A stretch of 44,633 bases of DNA from a virus (taxonomy: Duplodnaviria > Caudoviricetes). This document shows positions 8,772 to 17,994 of the stretch, one piece after another. Both the position numbers and the translations under genes were made by a program. Below the pieces are notes generated by a model. That model did no database searches. It was not told the DNA's origin and worked only from the letters and a program-made list of their open reading frames with translations. Positions within the stretch are counted from its first letter, which is position 1, and each line of letters starts with the position of its first letter. Location of the stretch: IMG/VR virus record IMGVR_UViG_3300033145_001514, positions 1 through 44,633 of that record; one strand, 5' to 3'.

Positions 8772-9836
8772 TCAATTACCCCTTTTAAGTATCGTTAATC
8801 CATCAGACAGTGGCTCATACCCACTCAAATCGGCTTCCACTACCTCCGGACAATCTTTTAATTTTAACTTCTCCAATGTTCGGCCTTTAACGTAATTGTT
8901 AAACTTATAGAGCAGCCATTCAATCGGGCGGGTTCTTCTGGGGTCTTCTCCCAAAACCCATTTTCGATATAGTTTTTTGAAAACCATCTCTCTTGCAGAT
9001 TGGTCAACAGGAAAAGGCACCCTGGCCCTAAATAAATGGCAACAAACAACATCTGTTCTCAACAAGACCCTGCCGCCAGTAAGCCATACTTTCAAAGACC
9101 ATTCAGGACCAATCCCGCCGTGGCCGCCCAATGACTCTTCAGAGCCACCTAATTTATCGTAATAGTCCTTCCTTATCATCCAGGCGCCGCCTGCAATGGA
9201 CATCAAATCCTCTTCTACTTGCCTGTCCTGCAACCGTTTCCACGGCCTGACGGAATGGGGTTTAAGTCCTGCGTCAAGATACCAGAAACTCACATCTATA
9301 CCCTTACCCTTCCACGTCTTTTCGTCCAGGTGGTCAAATGGTATCCCCACTAAATCCGTCTCGCCGCAAGAGGATTTCATTCTTGCATCCCATTCGGGAC
9401 TAAGGGCACAGTGCCCATCCAATCGAAGTAAGTATTCGCCATTTGCTATTTCCACGGCTCTATTCATCGCTTTGCGCTGACCTATCACATTATCGAACTG
9501 AAGCACCACGGCGTCATCGACATCGGCATTACAACCATCCAGCACCACGATTACTTCTATTGACCCTGTCGCATTGGTGCGAACACTGTCAACAGTTCTC
9601 TTCAGATACTGGATGTCCGGCTGCCTTACAGGTATCACCACAGAAACTAAATCTTTATTGGCTTTTTGTTCGTTGGTCAGCGGTCGGCGATTTGATTTGC
9701 GGTGTTCCCCTATATCTTCCTTACGCCATTTTTCCCATTCGCCTTTGCACACAACGCAAAACATCGACGGGACTTTCATATTGACTTTTTCGCAGTATTC
9801 GTATCCGGTGTGTTTTTTGCAATACTCACTCAGCAT
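8772..9836 (-). CDS. GT-A glycosyltransferase, GT2/GT27 (polypeptide GalNAc-transferase)-like
   Basis: VSVVIP, EVIVVLDG, LRLDGHC (DxH), IAGGAWMIRKDYYDKLGG, EWSLKVWLTGG, CHLFR. Confidence 0.85.
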   Translation of the reverse strand: MLSEYCKKHTGYEYCEKVNMKVPSMFCVVCKGEWEKWRKEDIGEHRKSNRRPLTNEQKANKDLVSVVIPVRQPDIQYLKRTVDSVRTNATGSIEVIVVLDGCNADVDDAVVLQFDNVIGQRKAMNRAVEIANGEYLLRLDGHCALSPEWDARMKSSCGETDLVGIPFDHLDEKTWKGKGIDVSFWYLDAGLKPHSVRPWKRLQDRQVEEDLMSIAGGAWMIRKDYYDKLGGSEESLGGHGGIGPEWSLKVWLTGGRVLLRTDVVCCHLFRARVPFPVDQSAREMVFKKLYRKWVLGEDPRRTRPIEWLLYKFNNYVKGRTLEKLKLKDCPEVVEADLSGYEPLSDGLTILKRGN

Positions 9837-10447
9837 TTTTGGACTTTCACAAGTTTAACTTTGGAATCTACTCTTTTATTAGAGCCAACTTTCTTCAATA
9901 AGTATCTATCTACTGGTTCTAAAAACTCAACTTTGTAATCATCGCCAAGAGTATCAATCACCTTCTGGCAGCCCCAACCGACCTCTCCATCTATATAGTC
10001 GTCAAACACAACAATCGTATTACCGACCATTATCTGTTTGACATAACACCAATCGGATTCGATTGTTTCGTATGAGTGTCCACCGTCAATAAAGATAAAG
10101 TCAGGCATTATGCGAAGTTTAAGAAACTCCGGTAAAGTGTCTCTGGAATACCCCTTATACAAATTGATATTGACACCAATGCCCTTGAGATAATGACGCA
10201 CTTTTTCCTCGTGCCACGGAAATTGAGATGCTTCCTTTTCACGAACATCTTCAGTTAAGTCCTGAAATAAATCGAACCCGTGATAGTGAACTTCCCCTGG
10301 TGTTTCAAGCGCAGCAAGTATCATTTTTCTGGCACGCACTCCTTTGTTCACCCCAATCTCCATTAAAACCTTGCATCCGTGGCAGCGTATAAGGTTTTCA
10401 AGATTGGCATATCTTTGAGGAAGACCGCTTATTATTCCCCACTTCAT
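9830..10447 (-). CDS. Class I SAM-dependent methyltransferase (Methyltransf_24-like)
   Basis: MEIGVNKG, GFDLF, KGYS, DFIFIDGGHSYE, VFDDY. Confidence 0.85.
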   Translation of the reverse strand: MKWGIISGLPQRYANLENLIRCHGCKVLMEIGVNKGVRARKMILAALETPGEVHYHGFDLFQDLTEDVREKEASQFPWHEEKVRHYLKGIGVNINLYKGYSRDTLPEFLKLRIMPDFIFIDGGHSYETIESDWCYVKQIMVGNTIVVFDDYIDGEVGWGCQKVIDTLGDDYKVEFLEPVDRYLLKKVGSNKRVDSKVKLVKVQKC

Positions 10448-11031
10448 ATTTTCTCCTTGGTAAAAACGGCATAAAACCTATCCGGCGACATTACTTCCAA
10501 CTTGACAAGCCGCTTGAAACCACTCAGCACTTCATCTTCGGATAAGACAATCGTATGCCCATCTTTCGGTGTATCCGATAATAATTGTTCGAAGAAAAGC
10601 AATCCGTTCGGTCTTAACACTCTCGCTAATTCCGCCTGCCCCTTGTAAAAATGTTTCTTTGTCAGGGCGTGGTCTAATACCGACCACGCAAAAAGGGCAT
10701 CGACGCTGTCGTCCTCTAATAGAAGGTCCCCGAAGTCAGAACTAATCGTCGTTACATCGTCAGGTATTGTGTTCATTCGCAAATAATCTTTGGCAAGTAT
10801 ATCAATCAAAACTTTCCGATGTGCTTGCTTGAAGAAATATAATGCGCCGCCAAACTTGCCGCCGCCAACGTCAACAGCCAAATCGACCTTCTTATCGAAA
10901 TAATCATTGACGCCAAACAACTCATATTTGGCTCGAACTCTGTCAAGGTAATATCCATCTTCGTAAGCCATCCAGAACTCTAATTCAAATTGTTTTGTCC
11001 AGGGTTTCGCTTGGGATTTATTTGCCATCAT
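10444..11031 (-). CDS. Class I SAM-dependent methyltransferase (Methyltransf_11-like)
   Basis: VDVGGG, DDSVD, VLDH, ELARVLRPNG. Confidence 0.8.
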   Translation of the reverse strand: MMANKSQAKPWTKQFELEFWMAYEDGYYLDRVRAKYELFGVNDYFDKKVDLAVDVGGGKFGGALYFFKQAHRKVLIDILAKDYLRMNTIPDDVTTISSDFGDLLLEDDSVDALFAWSVLDHALTKKHFYKGQAELARVLRPNGLLFFEQLLSDTPKDGHTIVLSEDEVLSGFKRLVKLEVMSPDRFYAVFTKEKI

Positions 11032-11743
11032 TTTTCCAGTTCCAACCACCGGTCAAGCGTTTAGTAACAGCGTTTTCCATATACCCGTCATAAATACACA
11101 TCTTCAATTCACTTTTTAGATGGAGAACTTTAACCGCTTTCGATTCATACGCACGCCTTATCATACTAACGGCCAGTTTCACGCCGAAAACATCCGTGTT
11201 CGGACAAAAATTGTATTCCCAGCCGACATCAACGGCATCGCCTTTTTTACTAAGCCAACAAAGGTAGTTCTGGTCGATAAACCAATCAGCACTTTCCGGA
11301 TTATCTTCAATATAAATGTCAAACTTCTCACCAAATATCGCTCGTGATTTCTTATTTGTGTTTACAAAGAAAAGCCCACCATTCACAGGGAACTTATACG
11401 AATGGAGTCTCTTCGTAACGCCTACGTTAAAATCGCACTTTTCAAAAGCGCTAAATGGGTCATCCAGAAAATAAACATCAACATCAGAGACAATCAGTCG
11501 GTCGCCGTCTTTAAGGTTATTAAGACAATGCCGGACACATTCCATCTTGCAGAGACACCTTCTGCCTTTGATTTGTTCCCGTTTCAAAAGGTGCCACTTA
11601 ACCCCATAGCCACTCATATCTTCCGGTATATTGTCTGTATAAACTTGTAAAAGAGCACCGCTTACTTTGCGAAACGTCTTCAGGAACGTCTCGAAAACAT
11701 CATCGTTGATACGGCCATAATAAACCGCCATACAAATATCCAT
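11018..11743 (-). CDS. Nucleotide-diphospho-sugar transferase (GT-A; GT77/GT8/GT34-like)
   Basis: VYTD, SDVDVYF (DxD), NGGLFF, DQNYL, YNF, VLHLK. Confidence 0.8.
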   Translation of the reverse strand: MDICMAVYYGRINDDVFETFLKTFRKVSGALLQVYTDNIPEDMSGYGVKWHLLKREQIKGRRCLCKMECVRHCLNNLKDGDRLIVSDVDVYFLDDPFSAFEKCDFNVGVTKRLHSYKFPVNGGLFFVNTNKKSRAIFGEKFDIYIEDNPESADWFIDQNYLCWLSKKGDAVDVGWEYNFCPNTDVFGVKLAVSMIRRAYESKAVKVLHLKSELKMCIYDGYMENAVTKRLTGGWNWKNDGK

Positions 11744-11780
11744 TTCTTCTCTCCTATTTTCTCTCCTATCATTCCTGTTA

Positions 11781-13808
11781 TCATTCCTGCAATTCCCCCC
11801 CTGTCGCCGCCGGACTACTCAACGGTTGGCCACCCTGCTCGCCTTGTCCGGCTTGTTCATTCATCGCCTCTTGTTGTGCTATTATCTGCTGTTGCTGAAT
11901 AAATGCTTTCAACTCATCTAATGTAGGCAAAAGATTGTCAATGTTCGGCACACTTGCCTTTTTGCCTATCATTTCCAGAAACTCTCTGGCCAAATCAGGC
12001 CGCATAATCGCCTCGTAAAACGGACTGAAACATTCATTGTAAAGTTGTTTTAACGTAGCCGCCTGCTGGTCGTTTGTAATCGACCTTGTAGAACCCGGCT
12101 CAACCGTTACCTTAACATTCAACCGCCACTGCTCCGCCGGCTGTTTATAGCTCCAGTATTGGGCGAGTTCCGGCCCGACAATAGCGTCAACGCCCAATTC
12201 AATAAGTGTCCCACCCTGAGCAAGTAATCGTAATGTCTCGTCCCACGGTCTCTTTACAACCACCTCTGTTTCTTTCGTTACGGGATTACCGAGCTCATCC
12301 AATATCAGATGGCCAAGTTCGTCGGCAGCTGGTAAATCCTGCATAATTGCAACCCGTGAGAGCGGGGGGACTCTCTGATGAGCCACTTCCAGCATTTTAG
12401 TCGCATCCTCGCAGATACTCTGCTCGTATTTGACGAGCCGCCTGTTTATCCTTTGATGCAGATTGGCCTCAATTTGCCTGACTGCAATAGCAGTTACATC
12501 CTTGTATGCCTGTGCATCGGCAAACTCCAACAATTCCGAAAGGGCGGATGCCTCTTTGGATTGGTCGTGAACAAGGTTATACATCTGTATCTGGGCGGGG
12601 TCTATCCTGCCTCTTTCTAATACCTTCATTTTTGGAAGGCCGGTAGTAGTGTCGAGCATATCGGCCAGAAAACTTGTTCGAGGATTATTAAGGAAGTCAT
12701 CTAACTCCACAGGGTCAATCTTCTGGTTACTAGCGCCCACAAACTTTGCAACCGCCGCCCAAAAGGAAGCAATACCCAAATCACGCAGCATATCATCACT
12801 TAGTTGGTCAAGCCGCTCCATCTGCTTGTAATCAGGAAAACCGTAAAGATTGCCCTCTGCGCCGTGGCATTGATTGAACTGTAAATGAGTCAAAGGAAAC
12901 TCCTCGTGGTCGAGGTCGAAAGGCCAAGTATCTCTATCAACTATCGGCGAAGAATAGCCCTCAACATACTGCATATATCTTCTCGGCGTCTCAAGCTGCA
13001 GTTCCTCGGCAAGCGGTTTATCGGGTGGTTTCAATTCACCGGTATCGGTTTGTTCTCTAATGGCGGCGGTGTTGCGAGCGAATATGTGATAAACTTTGAC
13101 CGACTTGAACATAATCTCATCGCCATCATTGAGGAATTGCCTTTCCTCGTCATTAAGATACGAACCCGACTTTTTGGTGATTATCTCAAAAACCTCTTTG
13201 GACATATCGGGATGCCAACTCTTAAATTCTTCAAGTGGAACATCCTCAAAATAACCCATCCACTGAGCATTCTCAACTATCCCGCCGCAATCAGGGTCGA
13301 TAAGAACATCTCTTGCCGGCAAAAACCGAACCGAAGGCATCCACTTTTTCAAGTCGAACTCAACTAAAGTATCGCCATTATTTATCAGTAAGGCATTATT
13401 GAGCTTTCGGGACTGTGCCTTCTGGCATTTCTGCTCCCGCCAGACCTTTTTAATATAAGCAGAATCGCATTCGGCCTTCTTTACCGCAAATTCATCCGAT
13501 GCAAATGCTTCGGACGGCATAATCCTGAAGGCCGGCTCCTGTTGGTCAAGGAACGACATCTCCGCCTCGTGCAGCTTGCGGTAGTCGTTGACGTAAGGCC
13601 GGCCATCTTCGCTATCATTCTGGGGTTGGGCGGCGTAACGATTTTCCGCAACCTTCCAATCGTCTGTCAGTTGAGCTTTTTTCGCCCGCTTGATAGAATT
13701 CATCCAGTAACGGTAAAGACGCTGCTGATTGTCGTCCGGCTCAACCTTTAGTCCGTCCTTTAGTCCGTCCGTCGTCTTGCCAAGAAATTTTTTAATCGCT
13801 TCAAACAT
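11781..13808 (-). CDS. Portal protein
   Basis: ~675 aa right after TerL; DVLIDP, TAIAVRQ, V.VEPGST motifs; Gln-rich C-terminal barrel as in P22-like portals. Confidence 0.8.
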   Translation of the reverse strand: MFEAIKKFLGKTTDGLKDGLKVEPDDNQQRLYRYWMNSIKRAKKAQLTDDWKVAENRYAAQPQNDSEDGRPYVNDYRKLHEAEMSFLDQQEPAFRIMPSEAFASDEFAVKKAECDSAYIKKVWREQKCQKAQSRKLNNALLINNGDTLVEFDLKKWMPSVRFLPARDVLIDPDCGGIVENAQWMGYFEDVPLEEFKSWHPDMSKEVFEIITKKSGSYLNDEERQFLNDGDEIMFKSVKVYHIFARNTAAIREQTDTGELKPPDKPLAEELQLETPRRYMQYVEGYSSPIVDRDTWPFDLDHEEFPLTHLQFNQCHGAEGNLYGFPDYKQMERLDQLSDDMLRDLGIASFWAAVAKFVGASNQKIDPVELDDFLNNPRTSFLADMLDTTTGLPKMKVLERGRIDPAQIQMYNLVHDQSKEASALSELLEFADAQAYKDVTAIAVRQIEANLHQRINRRLVKYEQSICEDATKMLEVAHQRVPPLSRVAIMQDLPAADELGHLILDELGNPVTKETEVVVKRPWDETLRLLAQGGTLIELGVDAIVGPELAQYWSYKQPAEQWRLNVKVTVEPGSTRSITNDQQAATLKQLYNECFSPFYEAIMRPDLAREFLEMIGKKASVPNIDNLLPTLDELKAFIQQQQIIAQQEAMNEQAGQGEQGGQPLSSPAATGGELQE

Positions 13809-14806
13809 TAAGACCACCTATGATGTCGTTTATATTTGCGCCGAAGATGTCTTTTAAGGAGCGTCTCCTTGTAGCTGCCTTTGGGCAATACCACAATCGG
13901 CAACCGCCAGAATATGTTGCTCTGCACTGCGTAACGGATACAATCTGGCCCCTCGTCTGCAACGTCAACGGTCTTTTCCGGTGCACTATGCTGGCCAGGG
14001 TCGCCGGTTAATTCTTTGTATCGCAAATTCTCCGTTTCCCTGAACGCCCGCTCAATAAAACGCAAATCAAAACTAATCGCCGACTTGGACGCTAACATCA
14101 AAAGTTGTTCCTGACTAATCTCCATCTCGGCAAGATAAGGCGGCATTATGCCAGTTTTTAAGGCATATCGGGCAAGTTGCGACAAAAGACCATCCTTGAC
14201 TTTATCATAACCGGCGGCGGAATTGTCAGCCAAGGAACAAAGAATACCGTTCTCCTCATATAAATCTATCAGGCGAGCAAGCCCTTGCTTTTCAGCGGAG
14301 GCATCCGAAGTCAAATAATTTACTCGCTTCTTTGTCGAGGGGTCGATGAAAGTATCAATTACATTCTCATTACTCAAAGCAATTATCGACCGGCAATTAA
14401 GGGCAACGCTTTTGTCGGTAGCATAGTATTCCCTGAAAAAATGCTTGTCGCCATTATGATTTACCGCCACCCACAAACAGCAGGTCGGATGCCTAATCCC
14501 GTGGTCGATGATACGATAAACAGCCCAGCCCTCGTCAAGCCGGACGATGGAATGATGCAACTTTCTGTCTAACATCGGCCAGACCCGCTGGCCAGCATAG
14601 ACCCCCCAGTCGATTTCCATCTCCCTGCGCCATCGGGCGGAGTTTATACCACCAAACAACGGGCTCTCCCGCTTTACCCAATCGGCGTTTTTTTCGGGGT
14701 CATCGCTGAAATGTATCCTTCGATGAAAAAACCCCGTTGAGAACATTTCCCCCCCGTGGGTAGGCATCCAATCTGTTTTTACTTCCTCGGCGAGACAGTT
14801 AGCCAT
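13808..14806 (-). CDS. terL: Terminase large subunit, C-terminal nuclease half
   Basis: RREMEIDW, YRIIDHGIRHPTCCLW, FREYY, IDPS, DEGPDCIRY: RNase H-fold terminase motifs. Confidence 0.8.
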   Translation of the reverse strand: MANCLAEEVKTDWMPTHGGEMFSTGFFHRRIHFSDDPEKNADWVKRESPLFGGINSARWRREMEIDWGVYAGQRVWPMLDRKLHHSIVRLDEGWAVYRIIDHGIRHPTCCLWVAVNHNGDKHFFREYYATDKSVALNCRSIIALSNENVIDTFIDPSTKKRVNYLTSDASAEKQGLARLIDLYEENGILCSLADNSAAGYDKVKDGLLSQLARYALKTGIMPPYLAEMEISQEQLLMLASKSAISFDLRFIERAFRETENLRYKELTGDPGQHSAPEKTVDVADEGPDCIRYAVQSNIFWRLPIVVLPKGSYKETLLKRHLRRKYKRHHRWS

Positions 14807-14821
14807 TTGTTTTAGACTCTA

Positions 14822-15001
14822 TTAAAGTTCATCTGCGTTTTTCAGTTGCTCAATCTCGCCCTGCTTGGCAAACTCGGCAAGGGCTTCATTGATTTCTGTT
14901 AATAGATTTTCTTTTTCATCCTCCTCGAATTCGCACCTATCATCACAAGTGCGTTCAATAAAAGCCGATGCCTTTTCCAATAACGTTTTTTCTTTACTCA
15001 T
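14822..15001 (-). CDS. 59-aa acidic protein between the two TerL halves
   Basis: Below cutoff; SD AAGGAG; MSKEKTLLEKASAFIERTCDDRCEFEEDEKENLLTEINEALAEFAKQGEIEQLKNADEL then TAA TAG. Confidence 0.65.
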   Translation of the reverse strand: MSKEKTLLEKASAFIERTCDDRCEFEEDEKENLLTEINEALAEFAKQGEIEQLKNADEL

Positions 15002-15012
15002 TTTTCTCTCCT

Positions 15013-15696
15013 TTAAGCTACCTTAATCCTATCGTGGAAAAATTCATCTGCCCAACCAGGATTGGCCGAAGTTACAAGCGTTATCCTCTGGCAACAGGGC
15101 AAGGCGGCAGTATAACTCTCGTCGGCGTCCGGCTGAAAAGCAGTCTCATCACTTAATAATATGTTTGGGTTATGACTCCTTATCTGGTCGCCACCGGCGG
15201 GAATGCCCCGCATAATACAAGCAGTCTGCGGCCAGGTGAGCTTGCAAAAACTATACCTGGCAGGATTAAACTTCTGCATCCAGCCAGGAAGGTTCCGAAA
15301 AACAAAATGCGCCCTCTGTATCATCTCACTGTCGGCATCTTCCTCCTTTTTCGTCTGGCAGCAAGCGTGGACGTTCTCGCCGAAATGACAGGCGTGCATC
15401 ACTAATATAATAAACAACCACGTGGCCATCATTTGACGACTCTTGGAAACGGCGTAAAACGAATTCCTATACCAGTCGTCCGCCATCAATCTTAAATACT
15501 CCTTTGGAGGAACACGCTCAATGTAACTGCCCTTCTCGTCTCGCCGGACAGTCCAACAGTAATTTACTACGAAATACCACGGCTCCTCAGCACATCGCCA
15601 TATCTCGTCCTGCTGCCAGTCAGGGTCTTTGGCTATTGCGTCAAAGGCAATCCCGTCAATCACGGGAAATAAATCGCTTTCAGATGGATATATCAT
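15013..15696 (-). CDS. terL: Terminase large subunit, N-terminal ATPase half
   Basis: PWYF..NY, KSRQMMATW (Walker A variant), IRS, LLSDETAF (Walker B), VTSANPG (coupling motif). Confidence 0.85.
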   Translation of the reverse strand: MIYPSESDLFPVIDGIAFDAIAKDPDWQQDEIWRCAEEPWYFVVNYCWTVRRDEKGSYIERVPPKEYLRLMADDWYRNSFYAVSKSRQMMATWLFIILVMHACHFGENVHACCQTKKEEDADSEMIQRAHFVFRNLPGWMQKFNPARYSFCKLTWPQTACIMRGIPAGGDQIRSHNPNILLSDETAFQPDADESYTAALPCCQRITLVTSANPGWADEFFHDRIKVA

Positions 15697-15899
15697 TTTA
15701 GATAATCTCTCCTCTTTTCAGGCAAATTACTGCGTTTCGTTCCGGTCGTTCCGGCAAACTCCTCAAGCTGGGCAATCGTCATACTCTCACACATCTGCCT
15801 CGAAGCACTCCCTTGCGGCAAACTACCACACTGACCCTTCCTTTTGGCCGATAAGGCAATCCCCGCCGCCTGCTGCTGATTTTGAGAGGTTGACGGCAT
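15693..15899 (-). CDS. DUF3008-like protein
   Basis: MPSTSQNQQQAAGIALSAKR...SM...QLEEFA pattern. Confidence 0.7.
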   Translation of the reverse strand: MPSTSQNQQQAAGIALSAKRKGQCGSLPQGSASRQMCESMTIAQLEEFAGTTGTKRSNLPEKRRDYLK

Positions 15900-16048
15900 T
15901 ATTTCCTACTCTCCTGCCTAATAACCCGCATCCTTAATAACCTCCTGAAATTGCAATCCTCAATCCGACTCCTAACATTACCAGCCATAACAAGCCGCCC
16001 GACCCGCTCAAAATGTGCTTTGCTTCGCCGAACCTTCTTGAGACCCAT
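15899..16048 (-). CDS. Small basic protein (49 aa)
   Basis: Below cutoff; MGLKKVRRSKAHFERVGRLV...; stop overlaps next start (TAATG). Confidence 0.45.
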   Translation of the reverse strand: MGLKKVRRSKAHFERVGRLVMAGNVRSRIEDCNFRRLLRMRVIRQESRK

Positions 16049-16062
16049 CTGACTTACCTATC

Positions 16063-16257
16063 TTAATTGTGAACATCAGTATCGTTAGAACCGTAAGTTG
16101 TGTAAGTCGGAGGGTCGCTTGTCAAAGTTTGATAAGGGATAAAATGATAAAGAACTTCCTTTGGCTTGCCACAAACGAGACACCGACCGCAATGCGGGCA
16201 AACCGCTTGCTTCTTCAATTTATCCTCAACAATCCTTTCTACTTCTTGCTTTGTCAT
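16063..16257 (-). CDS. Hypothetical protein with CxxC-x2-CxxC
   Basis: CPHCGRCLVCG. Confidence 0.55.
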   Translation of the reverse strand: MTKQEVERIVEDKLKKQAVCPHCGRCLVCGKPKEVLYHFIPYQTLTSDPPTYTTYGSNDTDVHN

Positions 16258-16562
16258 ATCATCTTGCCCATCTTAACACTTCGAAAATAGCTGTCGTATC
16301 CGGAAGGGGTTATATATATTTATACACCCCCACCCCCTTCCGCCCCCTCTGGGGTCTTTGATTTCTGACTCTAATTCATTGTTCATTGAAAGCTCGCCTA
16401 AAGCTGTGCTATTGTGAGCTTTGTCGTGGCTTTGGGCTGTCTTTCTCATAGCTTTAGTCCTTTGATACCCCTCAGGCGCCGTTAGGCCGCCACAAGGCAC
16501 ATCAGACAGCTTCTCGCTGCTTCTGGGCAACAGGCCTCCACCTTTCTGCACTCCATAAGCAC

Positions 16563-17078
16563 TCATTTTATTCTCCTATCATCAAATCGACTGTCATCGC
16601 ACACGCCTGCATAATGAGCATCTATTCTTTCCTGGCCCGGCTTGCTGACCGGTCTTACCGGATTATGCTCACCCTTGGCCAACTCACTGGCCGGCTTGTA
16701 ATGTTCACGCTCGTAGTCAGTCATCTGGCAGTCGCCTGTCAATGTCAATGAGTTCAAGTCAATCTCCATCTGTTCAGGCGTTCGGTCTGTGAGCAGCGGT
16801 GGATAGCTGCCAGCTCTCTCTGCCCTGCCAGACCAAGCGCAGGGGCCACAACAGACAGTGCCCTTCGGTATCTCTGCGCCGCAGCACCAGCACACGCCGG
16901 AGGTGGCCTTAATTGGCTTCTGTTCGGTTATGTTCGTTAATGGTTTCGTTAATGGTTTCCGTTCGGTTATGCTTGCCTTGCGAACGAAGGCCATACGACA
17001 CTTATCATTACAATATAACTTTGCCCTTTTACCCTCTGTTTGAGGCACATCAGCCCCACAATATGCACATTTAGCCAT
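16563..17078 (-). CDS. Zinc-finger protein
   Basis: CAYCG...YCNDKCR and CWCCG...CCGPC clusters; coupled to terS. Confidence 0.6.
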   Translation of the reverse strand: MAKCAYCGADVPQTEGKRAKLYCNDKCRMAFVRKASITERKPLTKPLTNITEQKPIKATSGVCWCCGAEIPKGTVCCGPCAWSGRAERAGSYPPLLTDRTPEQMEIDLNSLTLTGDCQMTDYEREHYKPASELAKGEHNPVRPVSKPGQERIDAHYAGVCDDSRFDDRRIK

Positions 17079-17511
17079 TATTGCCCTCCTGCAAGGCCTT
17101 CAGCTTGGCCCTGCTGCCCTGAACGGCATCAGCAGGCCTGCGACCCCTGGCAGATACCTCCAATTTCTCTGTTATCAGGCCATATAGCCGGTTTAACTCC
17201 TTAACAGCACCAGTCATACTAATAGGATTACGCTGACGCTCCGCCATATCATAAATAGAGTCTAATCTTCGATGCGCTTCAGCTCGGTTATACTCTGATT
17301 TCGCCTGTATTTCTCTCCTTTTGGCCTCTATGGCTTGTTTTAGCAAGACATTGGTCGACATTCTCACAGGCAACCGGGTTCTGGCATAACTTTCACTAAA
17401 CCCTGCCGCTATGCCTGCTTTATAAGCTATAAACTTATGCTCTGGTAGTAGCTCAACAAATAGTTTCATTCTATTTGAAAGAGGTTTGCGTTTTATTGCT
17501 GTTTTCTGCAT
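17071..17511 (-). CDS. terS: Terminase small subunit
   Basis: LSNRMKLFVE...AGIAAGFSESYA HTH, then A..EL.RLYGL..EK.EV; upstream of terL. Confidence 0.75.
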   Translation of the reverse strand: MQKTAIKRKPLSNRMKLFVELLPEHKFIAYKAGIAAGFSESYARTRLPVRMSTNVLLKQAIEAKRREIQAKSEYNRAEAHRRLDSIYDMAERQRNPISMTGAVKELNRLYGLITEKLEVSARGRRPADAVQGSRAKLKALQEGNNG

Positions 17512-17669
17512 AAGTCCTCAAGGTTCGACAGGTCTGTATCCCGTATTTCGTCTAACATTTCCACGAATTTGCGTCGCTTTTTAAGGTCTGGCACGTAGGC
17601 GATAGCTGCTGTCAATAACACCAGCTTGCGCCGGATTTCCTTAATAAAATAATCTATCCGGTTGTCCAT
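17493..17669 (-). CDS. Hypothetical protein
   Basis: ORF in a coupled operon; start uncertain. Confidence 0.4.
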   Translation of the reverse strand: MDNRIDYFIKEIRRKLVLLTAAIAYVPDLKKRRKFVEMLDEIRDTDLSNLEDLCRKQQ

Positions 17670-17802
17670 AGTAGGTATTTTCCGGCCAGTAGGGCGGATA
17701 GTTAGCATTTCCGGTTCCGAACGTCCGGCCAACTCGAACTCTCTTTATATTCTCTGCTTTCTTTTCAGGGTTCTTTGTGGTCTTTCGTTCTTTAATCCGC
17801 AT
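17641..17802 (-). CDS. Hypothetical basic protein (53 aa)
   Basis: Below cutoff; SD GAGGA; MRIKERKTTKNPEKK... Confidence 0.4.
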   Translation of the reverse strand: MRIKERKTTKNPEKKAENIKRVRVGRTFGTGNANYPPYWPENTYYGQPDRLFY

Positions 17803-17805
17803 TTT

Positions 17806-17994
17806 TCAGTCCTCAAACGCCCTTCTGACTGCATTTAATTCGTTCTTTTCTATAAGCGCAAGCACTTCTTGTGCTGAATAAATAGCGTCATATTGTTCAG
17901 ATGTCTTGGGTTCTAAAATCGTCAACAGCCGCTGGATGTTCTGAGTGTTAGCGGTAATTTGTTCAATTTCAGAATTTCTCTTTAACTCGCTCAT
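17806..17994 (-). CDS. Hypothetical protein
   Basis: Helical ORF coupled to neighbours. Confidence 0.45.
   Translation of the reverse strand: MSELKRNSEIEQITANTQNIQRLLTILEPKTSEQYDAIYSAQEVLALIEKNELNAVRRAFED

Noticed and set aside
13745-13768. 12-bp tandem duplication at the portal N-terminus
   Set aside because: Small in-frame slippage (DGLK x2) in a likely disordered region; no evidence of function
14807-15012. Intron, intein, read-through or recoded stop explaining the split terL
   Set aside because: Only ~200 bp, filled by an SD-led ORF ending in TAA TAG; the two halves are in different frames; genes elsewhere are full length under the standard code
16273-16566. 97-aa ORF as a confident gene
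   Set aside because: Coupled start but low-information sequence crossing G-runs and an AT tract; may be non-coding
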